A stretch of 64,000 nt of DNA from Polymyxa betae A26-41. Taxonomy: Eukaryota; Protista; Endomyxa: Phytomyxea. Location: NCBI GenBank assembly GCA_003693705.1, contig RBZT01000499.1:62001-126000 (forward strand), given 5' to 3'. The notes under the pieces are model-generated. The model was not told where the DNA came from, ran no database searches, and saw nothing but the letters and a program-made list of their open reading frames with translations. Positions within the stretch are counted from its first letter, which is position 1, and each line of letters opens with the position of its first letter. Of the stretch, positions 28,264 through 42,576 are shown piece after piece. Position numbers and translations under genes: made by a program.

Positions 28264-30282
28264 ATGACGCCACCGCCTAACAAGAACGACGACCTGCACG
28301 AGACTGTTGTCCATAGCTTTGGTCAGTACCTAATAACAATGATGACTCCCAAGCCGTATCCACTAATCAAAGATTCTACAACAGACGCCGTTAAGAGTAA
28401 AGATGGAGGCGAAGCCGAGTCTGTGTCCGCGTCGGACGCATCTTCGATGTCGGCTCCGGTCGACAAGAAACCACAGAACAATGGTTGGATTTGGATCTCC
28501 GCATTGCTTGTTCTATCGACATTATTCCAATCGGTGACACATATCAACTCGTGATTCTAACATTGGCGCTGAACGATGCGGTGTAGTTGAAACCTTCGGA
28601 ACCTTACATTCCCGGATATTGGACAAATGTCGTCGGTGTCACCAAAGAACAAACAAATGAGGGTTTGGGCCGTCCTTGCTTGCTGTTAATGTTTGTCTTA
28701 TTGCATTTCAGGCCCGCCTTTTAGAACTTATGCTATGACAGCTATGCTTCCCATTGTCTCCTATACTAGCGAATACTTTATTGGCTATGTCCCAGCAATT
28801 GGTACGTGATCATCATTTGAGGGCTGTTGCTTATATTGAGATGATTTACAGTCTTCGGTCTGCTGTGCCGTTGGCTTTGCCAATTTACCTACTACTTCGG
28901 AAACAGCCTGTTCTGGTTAAAAGCATCTTATGCCATCTTCGGCTTGTCACATTCTACCAAGACTATTTATTCAGCGTATGAAATGAAGTCTCTCGAACAG
29001 GATGATGGTCTAAAGTATGATTAGATTTACCTATACTATGGTTCCTGTTCATGTCTTCCACCGTATCACCTCCTACATTCGCAGTGCAAACTTGGTAGCT
29101 CATGTATTGGGTACATACCATATTTGACTTTTAATGCTCTTGGTTAATAATTCTGCAGGTGGCTCTCTTGGTAATTTGATCTATCACTATGCTGAGCCGA
29201 ATGTTGTTGACCAGCCAAAATACTTCTCGTATGCGTTAATGTTTTCGCTCTCTCAGGTGCCCATTTTCTTACAATGTGCCACATCAAGGGACTAAGTTTT
29301 CCATTCAGATATGTGTTGGCTTGGGTGTCCTAGCTTTCATTGTTGCCATTATCTTGAATTACTTCTATAAAGTCGGATCTAGCGATGCACTTGCTAAAAT
29401 TAAACCACCTGCTCCAAAATCTTTCCGAGAAGCTGGGCAACTGTTTCGTGTATGTTACTCTTCTCAATTACTATACATAATCGCCTAAAGGGGTTTTGCT
29501 CACAGCAAATCTACTACAACTCTGAAATATGTATCCTGTCTCTTTGGTTCATTTTCTCGTTTGCCTGTGTGGACGCTATTTGGGACTACCAGTCTATTCT
29601 GTTTGATAAATATACGAAAGGCCCAGATTTTAAAGGATATGTTACTGCTGTAAGTTTGTCGAATGATGTGATTGTTGAGTCTGATTTGCTGTTCCTTAAG
29701 GTTACTCGTCTTGGTTGTGCAGCATCAGCCATCCTTGCTGGTCGCTCGAAACACTTATATGGGAGGTGGGATTCTGCCATAATTGCCATATCTGGTGCTG
29801 CAGTGGCAGTCCTCCAAGGGTGAGCCTATGAGCTTGATATTGAAGTTCTTGTTTAATTCTTCTTTTAGCCTGAGCTCCTACACCAGTAACATCAACTGTA
29901 TTTACGTGTTATTCTTTATAACAATGGCGATCAACGAATTCTGCATATGTGGTGTCACTGCCCAGATCGCTGTAAGGACTCAACGTACGTCAGACTTCCA
30001 TATTGGCATTTGATCACGACTTAACCAAATTCAGAATCATTAAGAGGGATGATCCTGTTGTTGAATATGATCTTTGCCATGATATTCCAGTCAATACTGC
30101 AGGCATTATTTGCGTTTTTCCAATTTGGCGTCCAGGCCAAATACTTGGGACTCTCTGTGTGCATGTTCGCTTTCACAGCTGGAATGCTCATCTACATGTT
30201 TGGACATTGCGCCAACATGTACTTCAGACGCCTACTTGGTGGCGTGCAACCACCTGCAATCAACAACAACGCCAATGTCTAA
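28264..30282 (+). CDS. SLC19-family (reduced folate/thiamine) carrier, multi-exon
   Basis: TM1 is followed by LKPSEPYIPGYWT, the SLC19 'PSEP' motif. Also YIYTMVPVHVFHRITSYIRSANLVAHV, multiple TM segments and IFQSILQ near the C-terminus. Confidence 0.75.
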
Positions 30283-30394
30283 ATAAATAAATATTATAAG
30301 TTCCCATATGCTTCAGATCAATAATCACGAATTTTTTAAGGTTCCCATAATTAAACTCTTTTTAATCAATCTCGGACAATGTATTACATTCGTA

Positions 30395-31619
30395 TCAAAG
30401 TGCTTTTTTCTTCTTGGACTTTCTGTCGTGGTATTTGGATACAATATTCAAACTAAGGCCTGCAAATACGCCCGCAACGCCAACCCATTGTAAGGAATTG
30501 ATCTTGTTACCAAACCATAACACAGAGAAAAGGATAGTGAAGAACTTTCTAGTTGTGGTGATAGTCTGTTTAGCGCAGATGAATACTGAATCATCCTAGA
30601 AAATAGCCAGATTACCGTCAGAACGAGGGAATCGAACCGAAACATGGTCACAAATATGAAGTTCTGACCAAGCGCACTGAGTAAACAAAATTCAGCGATA
30701 TCCCTCAACACATCGGGATACAGCCTGACAAAATTGATTGCTTCAAAAAAAGTCCCTGGGACAATTCAACACAATCACCGCTTTTGAAGGCAGAAGCAAA
30801 CCTTGTGCGAGCATAGCACCCAGGCACATAGGAATGGCATAAACGTTGGTGCCCAACATCATCTCATGCATACTAGGACGGTGTTTGGCGATTGCTTGCT
30901 CCTACAAGACATTAAAGCAAGCAGCGGCTCTTCTACTAACATACCTGAAGTGGACCAGTAAAACCATCCAAAAGTAAAGAAATAAAAAGCAGCGCTACAC
31001 CTTCGACTCGCTGAATGGATTCGTTCTTACTTCCAGAGGGCTGAAAACCCATAAAGATGGATATGCCCAAAGTAATGAGGAACACCTGAGAGTATTCTCT
31101 TTTACGGTATCGCTTGCCATTAATTAGAACTCCCTAAGTGAAAGGTTCACAAGCTATTTGAAAGCTTCAACTTTTCTTACCATTAACATGACGGGGATCA
31201 TCTTACAAGATTTTCCAAGGACCTGGGTTGGGTAATTGACAAATCGAAGAGCCATATTACTTGAAAGCATTGCACCAATGTACGCAGCTGAAATCATAAC
31301 ATACTGCCTACATATACGTCAACTTGGCAACGATGGCCTTGCAGGATCCGGTTTACTTCATCGGAACAGGAGAAGAGCCTTCCGTATTTTTCGAGCCGCC
31401 AAGGACAGTCTTGATAACGCCGGCTGTGATCGAGTTGCAAATGCATTGAGAGAAGACAAGGAATAGTGAAAACGAGAATCGTTCATTATCAGGCCCGTGC
31501 GGTTTTGTATAAAGCCGCTCTTGAACAACAGCAAACGACAAGAAGCAAGAATAAATCGCTGCCGTGCATCCAACCAAATGCAGAACATCCTGCATATGGG
31601 TGTATGACGGTCGAGCCAT
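30395..31619 (-). CDS. UAA-family nucleotide-sugar/ATP transporter (SLC35B1/HUT1/UTR1-like)
   Basis: Motifs [69 protein letters not shown]. The C-terminus KKKKAL* is a dilysine ER-retrieval motif. Confidence 0.9.
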
Positions 31620-31850
31620 TTGCAAATTTCAATCTGAGGTAGAGAGACAGAACCAGAAATAAATTCGTTCTGATTCAGGTGTTAGGCAGATCAGATCAGC
31701 CTTGAAGAAATTCCGCAGGTAGAGGGAGAAGGCCACGCTCTCATCCGTCTCTCACTGATTGCTGACGTGGATTCCGCCTGATCTTGAGAATGTTCCGATT
31801 CTTTTTCTCTACATTATTCAGAGCCAATGCTTATTGAATAGGGTGCTGCA

Positions 31851-32176
31851 TTAACTCTTTGCTGCCGAGTCATCAGGTGTTGGCAGACTTGATTTTAACC
31901 TGCAACAGCATACAGATCAGCAAATACGACGAAGGAGCAGCGAACTTATTCACCATCGATTCATTGCAGCAACTGCGCGTACCAAAAGATCTGTTGCATT
32001 TAAATCTGGGTGGTCCTAGTCAGTCATTGTGACAGATACAAGCTACGATTTGCTAGAAAAGCATGAGCCCAATTCCCTCCCAAAAGACATTAAAGTGCAT
32101 GATCATTCCCAGATGGTCATTCACTGATTGTGACTGGTTTAAATACAGGAGAGCAGAAGATACCTAGAAACTTCAT
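31851..32176 (-). CDS. Possible small spliced ORF (hypothetical; 5' end unresolved)
   Basis: A minus-strand GT-AG intron at ~31900-31953 joins ...DHPDLNATDLLVRAVAAMNRW|LKSSLPTPDDSAAKS*. The upstream exons could not be put in frame. Confidence 0.25.
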
Positions 32177-32449
32177 AAAAATGAGCTGAATTTTGGCGCC
32201 ATTTTATTTGAGCAAAGAGGGAAGCTTGGTAGTAAGGTCTCTCCCTTCCTCTTTATACGGAGTTGCGCCCTCTCTATATTCCAGAGACGAAGACAGATCC
32301 CTCAGCCATCGGTGCTGCTCTCCTTCATTTCCCCCCGATATCCATTTCCTTGGCTAGGATTTAGTCTGACATACTCACATTTAATCGGTCCGTATATCTC
32401 TGCTGGGCAGAACAACGGGATTCGTTGGAAGCAACTCGAGTTGTTGCAG

Positions 32450-33934
32450 ATGTCCGCGCGTAGGGATCCTAGACGCAGGTAATAGAAGTTGAATAATTGG
32501 TTGTGGAGCTTGCACGAAATGTTTATCATTTAACATCTATCTTTCTTTGTTAGTTTTTAACTTATGGGAGTATTAGGAGCTTTTTTGATACACCGTCATC
32601 CCATGGGACTGCAGATGATGACTCTGACGAAGAGTCAGCGGTTCCACGAAGGCAAAAGTTAGTTGATTAAATTCGAAATTATTGAAATAACTGAAGCTGT
32701 CTTTTTAGAAGGACGAGACGTGTCAGTGCTGGAGCTAGTACAATCTTTACAACTGATGATGGGTTCCAATATCGTAGGCGGCAAACTCTAATCAATCCAA
32801 ATGTGAGCACATTTCCATATCATACCGACAAAATATCAATCGTTATCATCAGCCGCTAATCAATGTGGATCCGTCTCCAAAGACTTACTCCAAATCAGCA
32901 AACATTAAATCTAAGACACCAAGCAATAACAACACTAAAGGAAAGTCTCCGAAATCACTCAAAAGCCCGTTAAATCAAAACGATATTGAACGGAATGGGA
33001 CGCAGGAGTCTAATGTTGCGTTCGCCAAACGTTTGTCAGATTCAATCAAGTTCCAAAAAATCCCCAAGAAAGTCGACGAGCCCACTCTGTCTAGTTCTGT
33101 ATGTTGGCACATTTGTTTAAGCTGAACCTAAAGATGTTTTTGTGTAGCCGAGTGAGTATCCTGTATATCCGGACACATCTGAGTGGTCTCCAACAATGCC
33201 TGATGACGATGACAGTTCCGCAGAGGTCAAGTTGCTGAACTTCTTAAAACAGCTAGTCTCGTTTGAAATCTGTCAAGCTTCCTGTGTATATTTGAAAGAT
33301 GAACACAAATTCATTACGGATCGAATTGAATCAGTTTGCAAAGCCTCTCTTGCTAAAGCAAATGAAACGGTTCTGAAAATCCTTGACGAGAAGGGACCAC
33401 TAAAGAAACCGAAGGTAAATAGAATCAGTTCAAATTTCAGAGCAATGCTTACTTCTTTATCAGATCCTGCCTAATCCGGCAAATGATGCACTACGGGAAA
33501 AGCAAAAAATGTGGAATGACGTTATTGCTGCAGCTCGTGAAGAGTTGGCAGCTTGGGATGACCTCAAGAACCGGCCTTTGGTTACAGAAGTCGCCCATGA
33601 GGAGTCAGACTGCAAACTTGAAGATTATTTGCATCAGCAGAATTTGCAGCATTTACTAGAACCTATTGAATACCATGTATGCATGCATTAAGTTGTTATC
33701 TCATTTGTCTAACTGTAGCTACAGGAGCCCATTCTCAAAGGATTCCTATCAATCTCTGTAAAAGCCGATAATCTATACAAAGCGGCTCAGGCTTCATCAC
33801 AAGTTCTCACAGAAGCGATGTCGATCCAGGATCAGATAACAAGATGGGTGACACAAAGGGCACTGAAGCCAATACAGAAGACCATTGATCCTCAAGCTGC
33901 CTTATTAAATGTGATCAATTCTAGGGTTATATGA
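32450..33934 (+). CDS. Putative kinetochore Mis12-complex subunit DSN1/Mis13-like
   Basis: Spliced product has a basic N-terminus with RRRS/RRVS, then TDDGFQYRR, LPNPANDALREKQKMWNDVIAAAREELAAWDDL and C-terminal DPQAALLNVI. These resemble the fungal Mis13/Dsn1 DDGF, PNPxN-coil-W and DPxxLL elements. Confidence 0.55.
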
Positions 33935-33995
33935 TACGTAACTCAAATATTATCTATAATTTTTATAAATCACCAATAACATTTTATATCATCAG

Positions 33996-36628
33996 TTAAG
34001 CACCTGGTGCTTTCAGACCAAACGTGCCAGGCTGGATCAAATCCTCGATGACAATCTGAGTCATTAGTTTAAGCATAAACTCAGACTCAGCTTGCGATTT
34101 TCCTTTGCATTCGATGTAATACTTTAATTTTGGTTCAGTGCCCGAATTCCGCAATGTGATCATGGTTCCATTCTCCATTCGGTATGTTATCATCTAACAA
34201 CGTTCACTTTAAGTAAACCACGAGAGAAATTGCAACATACTTGGTCAAGAGGGGTGACAGGCAGCTTACTCTTCCCGTTCGGTTCTCCTGAATCAATTCC
34301 CATTGTCACGTCACGAACTGAGCGTATTGGAAAAACTTTAGATCCCATTCTACCAAACTACAGAGCATTATGTGGCAATCAACACAGTAAGTGCTTGAAT
34401 TACCTCAGCAGAACTGCGAAGGCGCTTGAACACATTATCTATTTGTTCTCTGCGGTCGCAAAAGAAGTAGCTGGGCTTCATGCAGAAATACCCATACCTA
34501 TATCAGAATTAACGACCACATCCAGTGTAGCAAAGGTCGCCAAACTTTTCCGATAGAAATTCGATCCGCTGAGAGCAAGTAACTGATTGATAATGATGGA
34601 AATTGGCTAATTCGGCAAACATAGCCGCCATACGAACGCCATCCTAGCGAAAGTTCTCAACACGATTTCACATTGCAGCAATAACGGCTAACCTTGTCGT
34701 AGCTCATATTGCCAGCGAGAAACCCAATCTCAACTTCGAATGCAAACAAGAAGCAATTTCCGGCTTTTTCCTGGTCGATGATTTTATTCCCAATCCATTT
34801 GAATCCAGTCAAAGTATCCTATGATATCGTTAATGTTAAGTGCACAAGCCCAAGTGAAAGTCAGTACAAAAAACTGGAATCCTTCTGATGAGGCCATTGC
34901 GGCTAGGAATTTGCTTGATACACAGCTTGCAACCATGAAAGCGCGCGAACGGTCACACTGGGGATTGTCTTTCAAGTAATTCATCTGCAGCCTAATCAGC
35001 AAGAAACGAGCTATTGAATAAAAAGCATCTCGAACCCAAATCCAATCAGCGAACAACATAGCGATCTCGTTGCCAGTGAAAATGCGCCATTTGCCATCTT
35101 CCCTGCAAAGCATTGATGGCAAACTCTTTCACAACGCACAGCTCACTGTAATTCAGCTACGGCTAAACGATCAGCATCTGGATCATTGGCGAGAATAAGA
35201 GTGGATTTGGTAGCCTTCGCTGTCTTAAATGATAGCTCTAAAGCCCCAGCACCTTCCTCTGGATTAGGAAAAGCAACCTTGCTAACATAAGCGTGCTGAT
35301 GTAATATTCGAAAACACACACTAGCTGACCGTAGGAAATTCAGGATCAGGATGCGCTTGCTCTGCAACCTGTTACATTGCAATTAGCTTTAAGCTTTAAG
35401 CAGAGTTTAAAGATCGAGATGACGAATACTTGGTAAAACGATTGTAGGTTCATGCTTTTGAACGCAGCAGAGGCAGCCTTTAAGCCTACTCCATGCATTG
35501 CTGTATAAGTGACACTAAGAAATCGGATTATTATCTATATAGAGTTGGAATATCGTTATACTTCAATTGAGGGCAATCTCTCGAAGTTGCTCCAAAGCAG
35601 TATGGTTTAGCTGAAATTGTGGAGAAATACTGATTCCACAATCTATCAGTAGGATCATGAACTGTGCAGGAATAAATAGTGGTATATTTAAAGAGAAGCG
35701 AACTATCACCTTTGGAGCTGTCAAAAGCTACGGTCGATGAATCAAACCATGGCTTAAGATTGTCCAGGATAAGAGCAGAAATGTTGCTATCGATAGGAGA
35801 AATGATCTGACAGCAACCTTGTAAACTGAAGTAGATTTGATTGAGATAGATACCTGAGCCCCATTATGCCAATATAGCTTAAATCCATTGTCTTGCTTGG
35901 GATTATGCGATGCTGTAATCATTATACCAATTGCAGTATTCAGGACGACAACACCTTTATAAAGTCAGGCCAATCATACTCTTTTCTAGCTCATTAACCA
36001 ACCAAAGGGTACAAACGGTGTTGGGATCACGTTTTGCATGAAATAAACCCGAACGCCTTGATGTAAAAAGAATTTCGCTGTCAGTTCAGCAAACTCCTGA
36101 TAAATTATACCAGTTTAACCTGCCGATATTACAATCCGCATAACTACCATTGAGTGACGTCTTCCATCAAATCCAATAATAACACCGCGTTCATGAAACG
36201 CATCTATTTCTGTCTGCAAACAATCCATGTTGATACGACATTATGGCATAAACGCGACGAGTACTTTAGCATATTGGTACAGTCCCTGGCAGGTTTGTAA
36301 AATAATTAGAGGATTGAGACAGGAGATTCCAGCTGCGAAATAATGTTGAGATACTTGATTTAGCACGTTTGTTTTGGCCAACCTCCCATTGCAGCGCGTA
36401 ATCCAGCAGTTCCAAATCCTACACGTTTCGAGAATCGCAGCAGCAACAAAGGATGAGTACCTCGCCAGAATTTCATACAGATTTTCAGAAATCGCAGATA
36501 AATTCGCAACCTTCTCGGGTATTATAGATTTCTAAAGCCTCTTTTTTCGACCATTCATCCGGAGCCCACTTAATGTACAGTTCGCATTGCCTTCTAGCAG
36601 CATCTATGATGTCATTCTGCGTCGACAT
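33996..36628 (-). CDS. PGM2: Phosphoglucomutase-2/phosphopentomutase (alpha-D-phosphohexomutase)
   Basis: Motifs [22 protein letters not shown] (phosphoserine loop), [17 protein letters not shown] (metal loop), [19 protein letters not shown]. Confidence 0.92.
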
Positions 36629-36815
36629 GACTCCTTTGCAAATGACGATACCCTGTAGAGCGATATACAGAATGAAGGCTGCGTGTTAAGTACAAAAGAT
36701 CATGTCAAGGACTCAAAGGGTGATGATTAAGAGGCAGAGGAGAGCGGCCTCCAGTCCGTGGGTCGAGCGCTTCATTTATCGCATTACGAGATCAACTGGT
36801 CATCGAGATATGGCC

Positions 36816-38582
36816 ATGTCTCAGGTAGACAGCTATCATGAGCGCGACCGTCATCGCGAGCGTGAACGTGACCGACATCATCGCCGGCCGCGTCGTAGTC
36901 GGAGCCGTAGTGGGGAACCTCCACGACGATCACGAACAGAAAATGGTGGCCGAGCATGGACGCCGCCACCTACTCGGGCGAATCGTGCTCATGCGTCTGG
37001 ATGGGATATTGCTGCTGATGGTTTCTGGCAACGATTTTTTATCATATCCGACGTGATTAACAGTATTGCTCTTAGGTAGTAAGGTTTCCAGCTCTATTGG
37101 TCTAGACTTGGGTCTGCTAGACCCGAATATGAACCCTGAAAGATTGGCTCTGCTCGGATTGGCCACGCCTTTGATCAAGACACCTGTAAACGCTATGGGA
37201 CAGCCAATTATCATCGGCCAGCCCTCCATGCAAGGCCCTGGTGGTGGGCCTAGAGCTGATCGTCAGATGCGACGATTATATGCTGGAAATCTTCCTCATA
37301 CGACTGAACATGATCTTATGCATTTTTTCAATGTCGCTATGAGGACAGCTCTTGGTATCAGCTCTAAGGCACTGCTGTTGGTTATTAATTGATTCAATGT
37401 AGTTGATCAACCCGCCGGCGACTCTGTCGTTTCCGTTTATTTAAACATGGAAAAACGATTCGGATTTATCGAATTCCGGACTGTGGAAGAAGCAACTGCT
37501 GCCTTGGCTCTTGATGGAATTGTATATGGAACCTATCCACTTAAAATTCGTACGTCTCTAGCCTTTCTTTCGAAGCTGTTTCTTAGCAGGGCCATCTCAT
37601 CAGGTCGTCCTAGTGACTACAATCCTAATGCATTTCCCAGTATCACTGGTCCAATTCCCGATATTGACGTGTCCAGGCTTGGTATATTTTGTCCATTTCG
37701 TCCACCAGAATTGAATTAAAAATTTTCCAGGAATTGTATCAACTCAAGTTCCAGATGGTCCTGGCAAATTATTTTGTGGGGGTCTACCCTATGAACTCAA
37801 CGAGGAGCAGGTTTGCTCAGTCGCAAAACGCCTTTTTAGCTATATATCGATTTCTGTCTAGGTCCGCGAACTTCTTGAAGCATACGGTCCTATTAAGGCT
37901 TTCCATCTGGTGCGAGAAAAGGATAGCAATATATCGAAGGGATACTGTTTTTTCGAATATCAGGACCATAGCATATCTGAGGCCGCTTGCCAAGGCCTTA
38001 ACAACCTGCCTGTCAGCTGAGCTCTATTATTTTTTTGTGAACTATGGATCTTACTGTCTGTTAGGTTGGTGATAGGGTGCTCACTGTTCGCCCTGCCTAT
38101 CAGAAGGAAGATGTTGCCCTGGAGCTAGGACTGCCTGTTCCTACAGAACCACCTCAGAACATCGTCAATTCCCGTAATTTGATCGATATAGTTGACATTG
38201 ATTGTCACACGATTGATTACTGTCTTTTAGCATCGAAAGTTATTATCTTGTTGGAGATGGTAACCGAAGCCGATTTAGCTGATGACGATGAATACCAGGA
38301 AATCAAGGAAGATATCGCAGAAGAATGTGGCAAATATGGTCCAGTTCATTCTTGCGTTATTCCTCGGCGAGGACAGCAAGGTACCTTTTTACAAGTCTTC
38401 CTTTTTGCACAGCTGTCCAATTTAATTATTTTTCAGGGTGTGGGAAAGTATTTGTTGCTTTTGATTCGGTTGCATCTGCCAGCAAGGCACGAGACGCCCT
38501 TGCTGGCCGCAGGTTCGCATCCCGAACTGTCATAGCTCAATTCTACAGTGAAGAGAAATTCCACGCAGGACAGTTCAGTTAA
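36816..38582 (+). CDS. U2AF2: Splicing factor U2AF large subunit
   Basis: N-terminal RS domain and SGWD motif, RRM1 (RRLYAGNLP...FGFIEFRTVEEATAALALDGI...RPSDY), RRM2 (KLFCGGLP...SKGYCFFEY), and a C-terminal UHM (EDIAEECGKYG...LAGRRFASRTV). Confidence 0.95.
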
Positions 38583-38665
38583 ATTGGAATATATCTTTAA
38601 GCATTAACAGTTTGTTATTCTTTCTTACACTTATTCTGTATTTAAGTATGCTTGTTACAATATTT

Positions 38666-41600
38666 CTATTCATTTAGGCATTTTTGATCAGGATTATTTG
38701 GTTGAACCTCTACTTGATTCAATGGATGATATCTTTCTGGTTGCATATCGTTTAGATACGTCGAATGCCTCAGTATGCCGAATATAAACACTTTAACTGC
38801 ATCCTGTATGATAAACCAGATGAAACAGTAAATCCAGACGAACAAGACGTGAGTAATGCTGATTCCTTGGCCGCCTTCGTCAGTGAATGGCCAAGTAATA
38901 GATAGGATCGTTGACGCCGACAATGCACACAAAGCAGCACCAAGAAGAACGATGCTGATGTTTGTTCAGCAGGTCCAATTACGTTACATATGCATTATAG
39001 ATACCTTGGTCTTGAAGAAAAGCATGGTTTCGTTCCGGTTCTTGCAGCGAAGATGGTCAAAAAATCGGACAGACTGATTTTCACTAATGCAACTTTAAGA
39101 AAAAGAATACTGGCAACTGGAAGATAGACTTACGATACATTGATGTGATGACAGCATCATAATTAAGCCCCGATAAGCCAAGTGATTGGTAGAACGAGCC
39201 CGATCTAATTGTAAGTAAGTATGAACAGCAAATTGGCAGTAATCTGAGCAGTGCCGAACCTATTTGACTCCAAGGCTAGATGCAATAAAAGTAGTGATGA
39301 TGCACATGCCACAGAGCCGAGTGTCAAAGCTAAAGCCCAGAGACGTTTCATATTCCATGTCTGTGGTGCTTTCGGCGCCACAACGCGATCATATGCGATG
39401 CTGACCTGAAATCATTTCCATTCAGATGTCATCAAACGACAGATGATCACTTTACAATTGTTCCATCATTCAACACTGTAATCACGATTAAGGCAATGAC
39501 AGGCATTTTCCAAAATTTCGGAAAGGTGGGGTTGTAGGATTCAGGCGGTAATGCAAGAACAGCGATAAAGAAGAAAACCAAGAGCTGGAAGGTAGCAGCG
39601 ACACGATATACCAGAAATGAGTGCATGCGGCAGAAGATTCGGCGAGCAATGATGATAGCCTAAACCCTGTGTCAACTGACAACCCACTCAAGCAATAAGA
39701 TTTGGGAACCTCAACGATAGCATTCAATCCCGGTGCTGTGAGGACAATGTGTGCCGCCGCCCTGGCAGCATCTGTCGCACCTTGTACAGCCTTCGCAGAA
39801 TGATATGGAATGGGTTTTCATGCAATTTAATGTGGAACTTACCACTCCAACACTGGCAACCTTCAAGGCTGGAGCATCATTGATACCATCCCCTGTCATT
39901 CCACAGATAAAGCCGGCTTGCTTCAAAGCTTCTACAATCACATATTTGTGTTCTGGCAAAGCTTGAGAGAACCCGTCTTTTGACCTTTGCACAAAATGAG
40001 TTTTGAGTTAGAGAACAGTCTCAAATCTTGAATCACAAGATCATTTGAGCATAGTCCCGGCCAAGAGTGGAAGGAACTTTGGCCTTTCCTTCTTCCATAG
40101 TAATAGGCGGTAATGTGTTTTTGTCACAATGAGCAATATTGGCTTTTCCTAGCTCCAAAGCCTTAAAGACCATTTAGCAACCAGAAATAATGCTTGTCGA
40201 ATGTCTACCTTGGCGGTCTCAATAGCAATCAGTTGATGATCTCCCGTAATCATTTTTATGGTGACCCCAAATTCTTTGGCTTTTTTTATAGTAGCCTTAG
40301 AATCAGGTCTAAAGGAACAAATGATTCATATGTCTAATGCCAGGGTCGCACAGATAAATGACCTTGGAGGGTCCAGAAAAGTCAGCAGTCCAAGCATCTC
40401 AAAACAGTCCTCTTGATTAGTCCTGGCGACTGCCAGCGTACGAACTCCTCGACCTGCTAAGTCTATTACAGTTAACTCTAACGCTTTCTGGAACCAATTC
40501 AGAACAAAGCCTGATGTAACTACAGTGACATCCTTACAGCAATTTTGTCCTTGTTATGACATAACGCAAGTAAGACGTGAGGAGCGCCTTTGGTCACACG
40601 AAATTTCTCACCTGGGCAGACAATGAAATTCCTGATGAGCGATCAAATCTAGCGGGAACCTGTTGCAATGTTGACAACAGTAGATTCTGTCCTCTTAATC
40701 GTGGCATCAAATGGTATATATGCAACCTGACTATATTTGTTACATTCTTCTAGATCCGCGGCTGTTAAAACCTAAACTAGATTAACTCGATTATGGACTT
40801 AGATAGAACACCACACCATAGTATCGAGAGCATCTTTCGGTGGCTCCTTCCATTTTGCTGCTAAAGCAGAAGAGAGCAGGACGTGATCTCTTGTTGTTGT
40901 TGGACTGAAGACAGGACATTCATTTTGAATGACCATTTTGTTTAGAGTTAAAGTGCCGGTCTTATCAGAACAGAGGATCTGCATTCCGGCCAACCGCTCA
41001 ATAGCAGATAAATGTGCAGCAATCGCCTATATGCGCCATAAGCAAGTGTATATCATCGAGCGGAATCTCTTCACCTTATGAGAAGACAATTCTCTACTAC
41101 CAAGCGCCAATGTTGCAGTAACAACGACTTCCATTGCCAGTGGAATTGAGGCGACCATAAGAACCACAACGAACCTGGCAAGAGAATTCAGTTTCAAGAT
41201 GAATGTCAGTTCAATATCATGTTTAACCCTATAGAGCTACGCCAGGGCTGGTCAGAGAGTAAAAGATAAACCAATGTGATTCCACAAAGAATGATAGATA
41301 AACTCAAGAGCACCCAGACAACGCGAAGCAAGAGTTTCTGCAATTCACCAAGTTCATTGCCGTGTGATTGCAGCAAAGCAGCCGTCTTTCCATAGAAAGT
41401 GTTCATGCCTGTGGCAACAACGGTCGCCTCGACCTCTCCTCTCGCTACTGTAGATCCCATCTGGGCCTGCTGCCCTTTCTCTAGGCGAACAGGAAGCGAT
41501 TCGCCTTTGTAAGACACTTAAAGACCGAAGTTGCTTTTTAACAAGAATATCACCTGTCAAGGCTGATTGATCAACATTGACAACGCCCTCATTAACAACG

Positions 41601-42496
41601 CAATCAGCAGGAACAGCTGAACCGCTTGACAGTACGACACAATCGCCTGGGACCACTAAGGCGGCATCTATAGTTTTCCAGCGACCGTCACGTTTTACTT
41701 GGGCGACTACAATAGCGTAAATCAATCCAGAATATATATAACGAAAGAGGCAGACTAACCCGGCTTGAGAGAAGCCTTTAATGCTGCAATAGCATTGCCA
41801 GCCTTATTAGCTTCAAGAAAACCAACACCACCGTTTATCATTTGCAGACAAAAGAGAATGATGCAATCCAGCCAGTTATCAAGGACAGCTTCAATTACAA
41901 TGGCGAACCATATTCCAATTGGCATTGGAGCTGTGAATTGCTCCACGAAAAGCTTCCATTTCGGCTTGACGTATTCTTTTAATTCGTTACGTCCATGTTT
42001 TTTGAGAAGCTCATCGGCATCATGCTGAGTGATTCCATGAGAGATATGGAATTCCTGAAGATTATCACCAAACATGTTACAAAGAGGCGAAGTAGTTTAC
42101 AGGTTGACTCAGCAGATCGTGGCTAGAGAGTTGTTGTTTGTCGCTACGTGCTGAATGAAACGTCTCTTGAATCTCATTCATTGGAACTCGTGGTGAAGCG
42201 GCATGTTGTGCAAGCTCTAATGAAACTTTGCTGTTTGTGACACGTTCCGTAGGGGATTCAGCAGGATCATCAGTAAGGAGGTCGAATTTGCTCGACCGAT
42301 GATGAAGTTGATAGAGAACGACCTCGTCTGAAAGATCTGCTGCACGGTCGACTGCATTCGAGGCGTTATTTGCATGCGCAAGGTTGGCATTCATATTCGA
42401 GGCAGCGCCGACATTTGTGGAGTGCAAGTCTGGTGAGTTTTGTTCATTGTCAGCTGCTATGTATGAATTCCGTTTCAATGAACCATCTGCTGCCAT
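38666..42496 (-). CDS. PMA1: Plasma-membrane P3A H+-ATPase, catalytically intact, intron-rich
   Basis: Spliced motifs [61 protein letters not shown]5 YRVAAT and TM6 VLNDGTI. There is a long low-complexity N-terminal extension. Confidence 0.93.
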
Positions 42497-42576
42497 GGCA
42501 GCGCAAAGACGGGATAGAACCGCCCAGCACAACCAAATCAGCAGGGTTCTTTAATTTAAGGCTCGTATCCAGTGAA

